In this document: in pieces, positions 18,441 through 27,646 of the stretch
Layout of the letters: the number at the start of each line of letters is the position of its first letter
Position numbering within the stretch: the first letter of the stretch is position 1
IMG/VR virus record: IMGVR_UViG_3300031519_000098
Location: 1-34,952 of that record
DNA: 34,952 nucleotides
Source: a virus
Taxonomy: Duplodnaviria; Caudoviricetes
Strand: one strand, 5' to 3'
The notes under the pieces: model-generated
What the model was told of the DNA's origin: nothing
The model's database searches: none
What the model saw: the letters and a program-made list of their open reading frames with translations, nothing else
Made by a program: the position numbers and the translations under genes

Positions 18441-21400
18441 ATGGCAATCGTTACACCGGGCCAGCCTGGGGCTATTGACAATATTGACATCAGTCAAAAT
18501 ACTTTTCGCACTCAAGCGGGGGAAGTCACTAGCGCGGTGTTGCGTCTTGCCGGAGGGGAGGTTGATTCGTCTTCTACGACCACCCTTTATGTAAACCAAG
18601 AGATTGGCTCTGACAAATTTGTTGCTGGTGTAGCAGATAACACGGTAACGCCTCCTCTCACCAACCAGCAGCTTACCTCTGGCTATTCTGAATCTGCCCC
18701 ATTCAAGACGCTTAACAGGGCGCTAATCGAGGCAGCAAGACTGTCTGTTCAAGTCGGTACTGCAAATGATTTGTACGACCGTGTTGTAATCAGGGTTGCT
18801 GCTAGTGAATATGTAATCGATAATGCTCCTGGTACAGGTCTAGCTGTAAGCCAGTGGCCAAACAGTTACGAGCCAACAGATGAAGACCTTAGGGCTTTTA
18901 ACTCTGACGATATGGGAGTTATTCTCCCTAGGGGTGTTTCGATTATTGGCGCAGATCTGCGTAAAAGCGTAATACGCCCTGCATCTGTTCCAAGCGCAGG
19001 AGGCAACCCCTTAACCGGTAGAGGAAGCATATTTAAGACTACTGGAGGCTCGTTCTTCTTTAATTTTACTTTTAAAGATTCTCCTACCTATCAGTCTTCT
19101 CATCACCTGCTTCAAGCATTTTCTTTTTGTTCTCAGTCTGATTTAACCGCTTATTATCAAAAAATCGCAACCGTTTTTAATCTTTCAGCTTCTGACGTTG
19201 AAGTTATAAACCCAGGCGAAACACAGATTACCACTGAATACCCTGACAATCAAGTTACAGCGGCCACGGATTCTGTAAAGGGCAGCTCTGGTTATGTATT
19301 TAACTGCAGCTTGCGTTCTGATTACGGAATGTGTGGAATGTTCTTGGATGGAAACGACGGGGTTACGGGTCTCCGTTCAATGGTAGTTGCTCAGTTTACG
19401 ATTGTAAATTTGCAGCGAGATATGAACGCTTGGCAGATTTATACCGGAGGGGACTGGCAGACTTGCAGCGGATATACTGAGTACATAAATGCAGATAGCA
19501 ATAACGTAAGATCACGAATCTCAGGTGAATTTTCCGCTTCTACTGGGTGTTACGAAACCGACTACAGAAGTTTTGGCTTTAAGGTAATTAATAATGCGCT
19601 GACCCAAGAAGTTAGCTGTTTTGTTATTGGCGCAAGCGTCCACCACTGGACGGCTTCAGGTGGCGAATGCACTATTACCAATAGCAATTCTAATTTTGGA
19701 AATACAGCTTTACTTAGTAGTGGCTTCAGAGGCATTGGCACTACAGGAGGAGCGTTCCTTCAGGATCAAGGATTTGATGCAAAGCGTGTTCGCCGTCCTC
19801 TAAAAGTAAAGACGGATGGGAGCAATATACGAAGAATTGGTATTGGTAACGTCTCTTCTGCTGGTTACGATAGCGTCACAGGGACGATCAATTTAGATGT
19901 AGCGTTCGATCCTGAAGTTACTTTTGCAAATAACGGATATAGCTTGAAAGAGGGTGATTATATTTGGATCGAAAACAGCAGTCGTACTGAGGGGCCAGGA
20001 GCGGGAACGGATCAAGCTATTGACGTTCGAGCAAAGCTAGCAACTGTTCCATTCGACGCAAGCACAAGCACTACGCAAATCAAGGTCGTTGCATCAAGCG
20101 ATCAAGCAATAAACAATATATCGACTATCACTAATAGCACGCTTGAAGGCAATCGTGTCTACATTCGCAGGCTTACTGATACAAGGAAGCCTGAAGAGCG
20201 CGAATACTCTTTGATAGTCGGAGGTAGCTCCACCACTCGCAGGCCAGTAGGCAACTACATTTTACGCTTAGGTAATCGCAGTTCAGTCAATGAACAGCTG
20301 GATCCATCAAACGGCACAGATGAACTTTTTATCGTCTCGGAATCAAAAGATGCCGACAATCAGTTTGGCAGCGATGTATACAACTTAGTAATAAGACCCG
20401 GTGACGGCGCTTCTTTATTCAATGCTTCTGAGTATTACAGGGTGGGAACTCCCATCATGGAATCCAACAGAGTGTACCGGAGCAAAAGGAATGATAAGTT
20501 TGCTTCTTTCTCTGCAGACAAGTTTGAAGCTAGCTTGCCTATGCTCCCAGACGCCAGGGGGGTAGAGCTTTTGCGTGCTTCTTCTGGTTCTGTTTTGGTC
20601 TTGGATAACGACTTATCTAACAGCCCAGACAGCACAGATTTAGGAGTCAATCAATCAACAAATTCCTTGATTCTTGATCAAGTAAGAAGCACAACTGATT
20701 TCAAGGGGATCAGCTCTCTATTAAGGGCTATTGGCTACAGCAATCAAAACATTGGCATTCACGATAATGGTACATTGTCTGGCACGATTCTTGAACCTCA
20801 AAACACAGACGCTTTAAGGAACTGGAATCCAGCAGATGGATCTAGTCCAGTACCATCTGGGAAGCTAAATTCAAGAACTAACTGGCCTTTAGAATTTAAC
20901 CGCCCCAGCTTGATCAGAGCTTTTGCACATGCTTACGAATTTGTAGGCTATGGAAATTACACGAAAGCTTTACCCAAGTACCAATCAACGCCTCTTACTC
21001 AGCAGAATAAGATTGATTATTTTGCTGTAAATCTTCTTGGGGGTCGCTGTTACAACACAGGCTTCAACGAAGACGGCCTTTTAGTTCAAGGCAACGTAAT
21101 TACTGATCTTGGTACAAATCAAACCGTAAACAGCGAGATTGCAGGTTTAGGCGCTCTAGCTGGAGACCCTGACTTCCCTGCGACACCTACAGATTTTGAA
21201 ACTTTAAATGTTACAGAACTTTTCCAGTCTTCTCAGCGGACTGAGCTGACTAACGAAGTTTTGATCAATGGAACAATTGAAGGCTCTGTCACCTTTGCTG
21301 ATGGGGTACTGCCTGAGGCTAGCGAAACACAAAAAGGTATTGTTCAGTTAGCAACTGATGCAGATGTTGCAGGGATTAGCAGCCCATCAAACGCAAACGA

Positions 21401-22073
21401 TAGTAACGCGGTAACAGCAAAAGGAATCGGGTCTGTCCGTGGTGTTGCGAACGGGTTGTGTGATCTTGACGCAACAGTCAAGGTTCCAATCGCCCGCATT
21501 CCAGATCTAAACGATGCCGGGTTGATTCAAGATGCAAGCACTACAGCCAAGGGAATTGTTGAGCTTGCCACTGGTGCGGAAACGCTTGCGCTGACTGATG
21601 CGGTTAAATCCGTAACGCCATCTGGTCTAAGCAGCACAAGAGGCGTCGCAAATGGTTTTGCAAGCCTGGATGCAACAGGTCTCGTACCAACGGCGCAAAT
21701 CCCACCAGTAAATCCAGAGGACGTAATTAAGCTAACGCCTGCAGTTTGGGTAAGCGGTCAAGACAACTTTGCAAATTCAACAAACTTTACTTTTGAGCAA
21801 ACTGCAAACACGGATGCGATTGATTTGGGAACACCGCTAAATCCTGTACCTGGGACTTCTGGGTTTATTTTGGTTACTAGAGGGCCTTCAGCGGTTACGC
21901 CGTTTAAGTCAATCAATGGACAAGATTGGTCTAAAGTATCCGAAACTTTTGTAAGCCCGATAACTAAATCGAAAGGACTGACCGGCAACGTTTTAATTGG
22001 CTACTACGTTGCGACTGCCACTCCTGCCGATCCCGAAACTAAAATTGTTTTCACCGCCTCTATGGTTGCTTAA
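18441..22073 (+). CDS. Large tail spike/fibre protein (beta-helix-like N-terminal region, fibre repeats near C-terminus)
   Basis: LYVNQEIGSD...SAPFKTLNRAL and GVSIIGADLRKSVIRP beta-helix entry motifs; two ASxTxKGIVxLAT / GVANGxxxLDAT repeats. Confidence 0.7.
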   Translation: MAIVTPGQPGAIDNIDISQNTFRTQAGEVTSAVLRLAGGEVDSSSTTTLYVNQEIGSDKFVAGVADNTVTPPLTNQQLTSGYSESAPFKTLNRALIEAARLSVQVGTANDLYDRVVIRVAASEYVIDNAPGTGLAVSQWPNSYEPTDEDLRAFNSDDMGVILPRGVSIIGADLRKSVIRPASVPSAGGNPLTGRGSIFKTTGGSFFFNFTFKDSPTYQSSHHLLQAFSFCSQSDLTAYYQKIATVFNLSASDVEVINPGETQITTEYPDNQVTAATDSVKGSSGYVFNCSLRSDYGMCGMFLDGNDGVTGLRSMVVAQFTIVNLQRDMNAWQIYTGGDWQTCSGYTEYINADSNNVRSRISGEFSASTGCYETDYRSFGFKVINNALTQEVSCFVIGASVHHWTASGGECTITNSNSNFGNTALLSSGFRGIGTTGGAFLQDQGFDAKRVRRPLKVKTDGSNIRRIGIGNVSSAGYDSVTGTINLDVAFDPEVTFANNGYSLKEGDYIWIENSSRTEGPGAGTDQAIDVRAKLATVPFDASTSTTQIKVVASSDQAINNISTITNSTLEGNRVYIRRLTDTRKPEEREYSLIVGGSSTTRRPVGNYILRLGNRSSVNEQLDPSNGTDELFIVSESKDADNQFGSDVYNLVIRPGDGASLFNASEYYRVGTPIMESNRVYRSKRNDKFASFSADKFEASLPMLPDARGVELLRASSGSVLVLDNDLSNSPDSTDLGVNQSTNSLILDQVRSTTDFKGISSLLRAIGYSNQNIGIHDNGTLSGTILEPQNTDALRNWNPADGSSPVPSGKLNSRTNWPLEFNRPSLIRAFAHAYEFVGYGNYTKALPKYQSTPLTQQNKIDYFAVNLLGGRCYNTGFNEDGLLVQGNVITDLGTNQTVNSEIAGLGALAGDPDFPATPTDFETLNVTELFQSSQRTELTNEVLINGTIEGSVTFADGVLPEASETQKGIVQLATDADVAGISSPSNANDSNAVTAKGIGSVRGVANGLCDLDATVKVPIARIPDLNDAGLIQDASTTAKGIVELATGAETLALTDAVKSVTPSGLSSTRGVANGFASLDATGLVPTAQIPPVNPEDVIKLTPAVWVSGQDNFANSTNFTFEQTANTDAIDLGTPLNPVPGTSGFILVTRGPSAVTPFKSINGQDWSKVSETFVSPITKSKGLTGNVLIGYYVATATPADPETKIVFTASMVA

Positions 22074-22075
22074 TC

Positions 22076-23053
22076 ATGGTCACTGCAGTACCCGCTTTTT
22101 TTGGCAGCAAGGCTAGCACTCGCAAGCCTGTTGCTGTAGATGTCACTATCCTTTTTGACACATCTATCTCTAACGACAACTTTGCCGCTGCGTTCAAAGA
22201 TAAAACGAACATCTCATCAATCGAAAGTGCTTTAGCGGCGCAAAGCGTAGGCACTGGAACATTTTTGAATAGATATAGTATTGGGGGTTTCGACGATGCT
22301 TTGTTTGCGGACCTCAACCCAGACAAAGTTTTTATTGATAGTAGTGAGATCTCAACCGCAAGTTGGCCAACAGGTGCGCTGCCTCCTGGAGTTAATGATG
22401 CTGGCTATAACCTAGGTGCAAATGAAGAAGACGAAACAGGCGCTATTTACGCCATTGCAAGACCAAACGGCCCACGAGGGTCTTTAGGTGCTTTTAGAAG
22501 TAAGGATGACAATATTGCCCGCATTGTAATTTCAGAGTCGACAGAAGAAGCAAGAGGAAGTTTAAGAAATGGTCAACTATTGGATGCTTTGATGAGAGGT
22601 GAAGAATCTCAGATATTGGTTTTTATTGATGGCCCTGACACGCAATTTGGAGCAACCTCAGACACAGAGCCAACCATTAGCCCTTTAGAGCTTTCAAATC
22701 TAATACAAGCTGGTACTGTTCCTAGTGGCTCTCGGGTTTACGGTTTTGTTTTCACAGGCCAAACTGAAGCTACAGTCATCTTTTCTCCTAATACTGTCAC
22801 TTCCGGTACACAGTTAAGTGATCTTACAATTGTAAAAAATATTTCTAAAACATTTCTTAGTTGCCAAGGATACAATGCAGGGCAAACCTCAGGCGCAAAC
22901 AACGATGGGGACAGCTCAACAAATGCCGGACATTACGCGGAACTTACAGGGGGTGCAGTGCTTGCCTTGACGGCTTGTACTCCAAATTTTCCACTGACAT
23001 TTGAGGTGCTCGGCAAAATCTTAGGGGAGCTGTTGTTTGATGCTTCCTTGTAG
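22076..23053 (+). CDS. vWA-like domain protein (putative adhesin)
   Basis: VDVTILFDTSIS gives a hydrophobic strand plus DxSxS MIDAS motif; later EEDETGAI and AELTGGAV motifs. Confidence 0.55.
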   Translation: MVTAVPAFFGSKASTRKPVAVDVTILFDTSISNDNFAAAFKDKTNISSIESALAAQSVGTGTFLNRYSIGGFDDALFADLNPDKVFIDSSEISTASWPTGALPPGVNDAGYNLGANEEDETGAIYAIARPNGPRGSLGAFRSKDDNIARIVISESTEEARGSLRNGQLLDALMRGEESQILVFIDGPDTQFGATSDTEPTISPLELSNLIQAGTVPSGSRVYGFVFTGQTEATVIFSPNTVTSGTQLSDLTIVKNISKTFLSCQGYNAGQTSGANNDGDSSTNAGHYAELTGGAVLALTACTPNFPLTFEVLGKILGELLFDASL

Positions 23054-23057
23054 CAGC

Positions 23058-23063
23058 TAGAAT
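23058..23063 (+). promoter_or_regulatory. Putative -10 element (TAGAAT)
   Basis: Intergenic, 40 nt before ATG 23104; followed by GACCA-C-TGGTC inverted repeat. Confidence 0.45.
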
Positions 23064-23103
23064 CAGACCACTGGTCAATACCAGAATCCTCGCTCGATAG
23101 CAA

Positions 23104-24834
23104 ATGGCACTTGATATTGTCCATAAGAAAAGCTCCGTATCTCAACGGTTGCCGGTCGCCTCTGATCTAGGGCTTGGTGAAATTGCAGTAAATTACAATG
23201 CAGACGGCCCATTTCTTACCTGCAAGGACACCGCAGGAAACGTAAGAAAGATCAACAACTTTTGGGTTAGCGCCACTGCGCCTACTGGCGCAAGCCCTGG
23301 GGATCCTTGGCTCGATACAAGTGTGAATCCGGCAAGGCTTTACATCTACAAAGACGCATCTTCTCAATTCGTTCCTGTAGTAAACGTCAACGCAGCGACT
23401 ACTAGCTCGACAGGAACGGTAATTCTTGCTAGCTCTAGTGACATTACAAACGGCACATCTGGTCGGGTTGTTGATGCGGCTCAGCTTCAATCAGAAATTA
23501 GTAGTTTTTTAATTGGCGTTACATCTGTCGCCCCTCTAGCCGTTGGCGGCGCAGCAACTCAGCCCAGTGTCTCAATCACCCCTGGAGCGGCAAATCAAGT
23601 CCTTCAAACTAACTCGTCAGGGAATGCAGTTGAGTTTACAAGCAATATTAATCTCCCTGGCACGCTAGGCGTTACCGGAGCAACTACACTTTCATCGACG
23701 TTAGGCGTTACTGGCGCGGCTACGCTTTCATCTACGCTTGGCGTTACTGGCGCGGCTACGCTTTCATCTACGCTTGGCGTTACCGGGACAACATCTTTAG
23801 CTGATTTGAATGTAAGTTCAAACGCTGTAATTACTGGCGATTTGACTGTTAATGGGACGACAACAACATTAAATACCCAAACCCTTGCCGTAGAAGATCA
23901 CAACATTGAGCTTGGGGTAGTCTCTAGCCCAACAAACACAACCGCAAATCTTGGAGGTATAACACTTAAAGGGACAACGGACAAAACGTTTAGGTGGTTC
24001 AGTAGCGGAGAAGCTTGGACATCATCCGAACATTTAAACCTTGTAAGTCCTAAGGAGTATCGGATCGCCGGGACAAAGGTTCTTGACTCAACGAGCTTGG
24101 GTGCAAACGTTGTTTCATCGAGCTTGACAAGCGTCGGCACGATTGCGACTGGTGTTTGGGAAGGCACTGCGGTCGGCACCGCATACGGCGGCACGTCGCA
24201 AACAACTTATGCAAGTGGCGAGCTTTTGATAGGGAATAGTAGCGGATCTCTATCGAAAGCTACTATTACCGGCGGAACAGGTCTCACAACAACAAATGGA
24301 AGCGGGTCTATCACCCTTGATTTAGACGACACCGCAGTAACGCCGGGAAGCTATACATACTCATCGATCACAGTTGACCAGCAAGGGAGGATTACTGCTG
24401 CTAGTAGTGGGAGCACAGGTTCATTCTTAGAGACATCTGACATTGGCGTTTCAGTTGAGGCTTTTGATTCTGCAACAGTTAAAGACGACGAAAATCAAAC
24501 ATTTTCCAAAGCGCAACGCGGAAGTATCACTGCATTAACCGATGCAGCTAATATCTCAATTGACCTAAATGAAAATAACTTTTATAGCGTGACACTCGAC
24601 GGAAACAGAACACTTGACAACCCTACCAATGTGACACCGGGACAATCTGGCTGCATTTTTATCACACAGGATGCAACAACAGGCGGCAGAACTTTAGCGT
24701 TTGGCAGTAATTATGATTTTGCGGGTGGGGTAGCGCCAACCCTTTCGACCGGAACTGGAGCGGTGGATGTCTTGAGTTACGTTGTCCGATCAAGCACGTC
24801 AATTATTTGCACACTTGCAACTAATTTCTCCTGA
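23104..24834 (+). CDS. Tail fibre protein
   Basis: N-terminal LPVASDLGLGEIAVN anchor, Thr/Gly/Ser repeats, VTPGSYT..ITVDQQGRITAAS motif. Confidence 0.8.
   Translation: MALDIVHKKSSVSQRLPVASDLGLGEIAVNYNADGPFLTCKDTAGNVRKINNFWVSATAPTGASPGDPWLDTSVNPARLYIYKDASSQFVPVVNVNAATTSSTGTVILASSSDITNGTSGRVVDAAQLQSEISSFLIGVTSVAPLAVGGAATQPSVSITPGAANQVLQTNSSGNAVEFTSNINLPGTLGVTGATTLSSTLGVTGAATLSSTLGVTGAATLSSTLGVTGTTSLADLNVSSNAVITGDLTVNGTTTTLNTQTLAVEDHNIELGVVSSPTNTTANLGGITLKGTTDKTFRWFSSGEAWTSSEHLNLVSPKEYRIAGTKVLDSTSLGANVVSSSLTSVGTIATGVWEGTAVGTAYGGTSQTTYASGELLIGNSSGSLSKATITGGTGLTTTNGSGSITLDLDDTAVTPGSYTYSSITVDQQGRITAASSGSTGSFLETSDIGVSVEAFDSATVKDDENQTFSKAQRGSITALTDAANISIDLNENNFYSVTLDGNRTLDNPTNVTPGQSGCIFITQDATTGGRTLAFGSNYDFAGGVAPTLSTGTGAVDVLSYVVRSSTSIICTLATNFS
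23662..23787 (+). repeat. 3.5 x 36-bp in-frame tandem repeat (TLGVTGAxTLSS)
   Basis: Units at 23662, 23698, 23734 and partial 23770; units 2 and 3 differ at only 2 nt. Confidence 0.95.
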
Positions 24835-24843
24835 GGCAGAACA

Positions 24844-25608
24844 ATGATTCCTGGAAGCATTATCAGTGTATTTGGGCCTACAAGTGCAGTTGCCCAACAA
24901 GGGTTAATCCTAAACATAGATGCAGGAAATCCCGATTCTTACCCAGGTACTGGAACGACTTGGTTTGACCTATCCAGCAGCGGTTTAAACGGATTGCTTA
25001 CTAATGGCGCATCTTATGACTCAGCAGATGGAGGGTCGATAGAGTTTGACGGTAATAACGATAGAGTGATTTTTGGCTCCGCTGGAGGAACTTTAATCAA
25101 TGGGTTGAGCCAATTAACAATCGAAATTTGGTTTAATTCAGACGTAATTAACAATAACCGTGGTTTAATAAGATGCGACTCAAATCATAACTCGGACACT
25201 GGCTTTTCTTTGAGATATGACAGTTCTGGCTCAGGTGGAGGTGGAGCTAGTGTAATTAAGACTGCTTTTGGCACAGAAGGTGACAACAACAATAGTACAG
25301 TATTAGAAAGCTCTTCTTTTATTCAAACTTCTAATACCTGGACTTGCATTGCAGTAACTTGCGACGTTGGCACAAGCATCGCACTGTATAAAAACGGAGC
25401 ATTAGATACTCCAACCAATGTAAATTTAGGGGGAAGCGTAGTGAGTGGGTGCAACGCTTTAGACATAGGCAGGGGACCAACAATACCGTTTAGTAGTGAC
25501 AATAACTGGGATGGGAATATTTCCATATTTAGAATTTATAATCGATTGCTGACAACAGGGGAGATCTCAGGAAACTACAACACAGTTAAGCAACGGTATG
25601 GACTATAA
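24844..25608 (+). CDS. LamG/concanavalin A-like domain protein
   Basis: GLILNIDAGNPDSYPGTGTTWFDLS, FDGNND, TIEIWF, RIYNRLLT motifs. Confidence 0.8.
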   Translation: MIPGSIISVFGPTSAVAQQGLILNIDAGNPDSYPGTGTTWFDLSSSGLNGLLTNGASYDSADGGSIEFDGNNDRVIFGSAGGTLINGLSQLTIEIWFNSDVINNNRGLIRCDSNHNSDTGFSLRYDSSGSGGGGASVIKTAFGTEGDNNNSTVLESSSFIQTSNTWTCIAVTCDVGTSIALYKNGALDTPTNVNLGGSVVSGCNALDIGRGPTIPFSSDNNWDGNISIFRIYNRLLTTGEISGNYNTVKQRYGL

Positions 25609-25612
25609 AAGC

Positions 25613-25741
25613 ATGGATCGTCACACGCTAGAGAACTGGGAGAAAGTTAAGGTTGCCTTAGAAAAGGCAGGCAAGACTGACTGCATGTTCTACCGTCGCG
25701 CAGTTTTGATCCTTTCGGGTAAGCCCGATCCATTAAAATAA
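25613..25741 (+). CDS. 42-aa hypothetical protein (not in ORF track)
   Basis: MDRHTLENWEKVKVALEKAGKTDCMFYRRAVLILSGKPDPLK; fills the gap exactly; resembles small cyanophage proteins as I recall them. Confidence 0.7.
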   Translation: MDRHTLENWEKVKVALEKAGKTDCMFYRRAVLILSGKPDPLK

Positions 25742-25748
25742 ACTGAGC

Positions 25749-25754
25749 TAGTAT
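25749..25754 (+). promoter_or_regulatory. Putative -10 element (TAGTAT)
   Basis: Intergenic, 21 nt before ATG 25776. Confidence 0.4.
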
Positions 25755-25775
25755 TGAGTTGATGGCGAAAGTCTG

Positions 25776-26114
25776 ATGTCTGTTTCCCCCGGCAAATACA
25801 ATTTCACTATCCAGCGCAGGGCCGACTATTCGCTTGATCTGCAATTCAAAGACAGCACGGATTCGGCAGTTGACCTCACAGGCTCGACTGCTGCTGCGCA
25901 GGCTTGGGACAAAGAACGAGTTCGGAAATATGCAGATTTTGCTATTGAATACACTAGTAGGTCCGAAGGTAAAATAAAAATATCATTGACTGACGCTCAA
26001 ACAGCAACTTTCCCCGAAACCCTTTACTACGATGTTTTGATTACAAACACTATGGGTGTTAAGGACTATTACCTAGAGGGAGTCATTACGGTATCTCAGG
26101 GGTATACAGAATGA
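25776..26114 (+). CDS. Ig-like fibre adaptor (BppU N-terminal-like)
   Basis: VDLTGSTAAAQ...GKIKISLTDAQT...YYDVLIT...YYLEGVITV pattern. Confidence 0.65.
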   Translation: MSVSPGKYNFTIQRRADYSLDLQFKDSTDSAVDLTGSTAAAQAWDKERVRKYADFAIEYTSRSEGKIKISLTDAQTATFPETLYYDVLITNTMGVKDYYLEGVITVSQGYTE

Positions 26115-26371
26115 CTACAGTCAACGTAACAAACGAAACAACTTCAGTAACGGTCACCGATTCTTCTGGATCGACTGTATTAAAAACCCCCCAAACATCT
26201 GTAGTAACAGCTTCTACAGCTGGTCCTATGGGACCACCTGGCGTTGGCTTTGATGTGGACACAACTGCTAAAGTGGATAAAAGTATTGTCTATTACTCGG
26301 CATCATCCAACAAGTTCATAGCGGATGATGTGTGGACTATTCAAACTCTGGTCATTGGAGGCAATTTTTGA
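26111..26371 (+). CDS. Short fibre-associated protein
   Basis: Thr/Val-rich, short collagen-like GPMGPPG, ends GGNF. Confidence 0.6.
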   Translation: MTTVNVTNETTSVTVTDSSGSTVLKTPQTSVVTASTAGPMGPPGVGFDVDTTAKVDKSIVYYSASSNKFIADDVWTIQTLVIGGNF

Positions 26372-26374
26372 GCC

Positions 26375-27442
26375 ATGGCGAACACAATCCGCATCAAAAA
26401 AAGAGCTGCAGGAGGAGCGTCTGGCCTGCCTTCAGTTCTTGCCCCCTCTGAGTTAGCGTTCTCAGAGGTAGATAGCGTCCTGGCATACGGCTTTGGTGAC
26501 GCAGGAAACGGGGAAAGCAGCTCCGTCATCGCCATTGCAGGCCCTGGAGCTTTTGTAAATCTGACCGGAAATCAGACCATTTCTGGGACTAAAACCATCA
26601 CAGGGACACTTAACCTTGGTGGCGCAACATTAAGCGGAAATACAACATTTTCAAACAACTTAACCGTTTCAGGAGATTTAACTGTAAATGGAACGACGAC
26701 CACAATTAACACTGAAACTGTTGACGTAAAAGATAAAAACATCACGCTTGGTGATGTCACGACTCCCTCAGACGCGACAGCAGATGGAGGCGGAATTTCA
26801 CTATTAGGGGCAACAAATAAAACAATTAATTGGATCAATAGCACTGGCTGCTGGACAAGCAGCGAAGACTTTGATCTTGTATCCGGCAAAGACTATAAAA
26901 TCAATGACACAACAGTTTTAAGCAGCACAACGCTAGGGTCTGGTGTCACAGGTTCATCTCTAACGTCGGTCGGCACGATCACCTCGGGAGTTTGGAACGG
27001 AACCGCTCTGGGCGTTGCTTACGGCGGAACGGCTCTGACCGCAACTCCTGCCAACGGTCAGCTTGCAATTGGCAATGGATCCGGCTATTCGCTAGCAACA
27101 CTGACAGCTGGATCAAACGTAACGATCACTGAAGGCAGCGGCTCAATCACAATTGCGTCAACTGCCGCACCGCCAACAGCAGGAGACGGAATTGACGTTG
27201 TAGGCAGCACAATCAGTGCTGACCTAAAAGCAAACGGCGGCCTTGTAATTGAATCCAGCGAAATAGCCGTTGATCTTGGTGCATCTAGCATCACTGGAAC
27301 ACTAGCTGTTGCAGATGGCGGAACGGGAGCTACTACGATAACAGGAGTTATTAAGGGCAACGGGACCGGAGCTTTTACAGCTGCTACAGAAGGCACAGAC
27401 TACCTATCAAGCACATCCACAGTTGATGGAGGCACGTTCTGA
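26375..27442 (+). CDS. Tail fibre protein, partial paralogue of 23104..24834
   Basis: Shared GDLTVNGTTTT...WTSSE...SSLTSVGTI...GVW...AYGGT block; ends DGGTF. Confidence 0.8.
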   Translation: MANTIRIKKRAAGGASGLPSVLAPSELAFSEVDSVLAYGFGDAGNGESSSVIAIAGPGAFVNLTGNQTISGTKTITGTLNLGGATLSGNTTFSNNLTVSGDLTVNGTTTTINTETVDVKDKNITLGDVTTPSDATADGGGISLLGATNKTINWINSTGCWTSSEDFDLVSGKDYKINDTTVLSSTTLGSGVTGSSLTSVGTITSGVWNGTALGVAYGGTALTATPANGQLAIGNGSGYSLATLTAGSNVTITEGSGSITIASTAAPPTAGDGIDVVGSTISADLKANGGLVIESSEIAVDLGASSITGTLAVADGGTGATTITGVIKGNGTGAFTAATEGTDYLSSTSTVDGGTF

Positions 27443-27445
27443 TTT

Positions 27446-27646
27446 ATGGCAAATCTGATCCGGCACAAACGAGGCACTAGCGACCCTGTTGCAGGTAATT
27501 TTTCGGCAACAGCGGAACTTTTAGTGAACACCAGTGACGGAGGTTTGTTTACCAAAACAGACGCTGGAGCTGTCGTTGAAATTGGCAGCGGCGGCGGTGG
27601 CGGCTCAGTCGGAGTCGATCCAGTAATTGCAGGGATGATTTTCTAA
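27446..27646 (+). CDS. Mini fibre-anchor protein
   Basis: IRHKRGTSDP...AELLVNTSDGGLF anchor, poly-Gly linker, hydrophobic C-terminus. Confidence 0.6.
   Translation: MANLIRHKRGTSDPVAGNFSATAELLVNTSDGGLFTKTDAGAVVEIGSGGGGGSVGVDPVIAGMIF

Noticed and set aside
23662-23787. CRISPR-like array (36-bp period)
   Set aside because: Units are contiguous without spacers and are in-frame coding repeats; no cas genes
25647-25844. Minus-strand 65-aa ORF across the 25609-25775 gap
   Set aside because: The gap is better explained by the + strand 42-aa ORF and a -10 box
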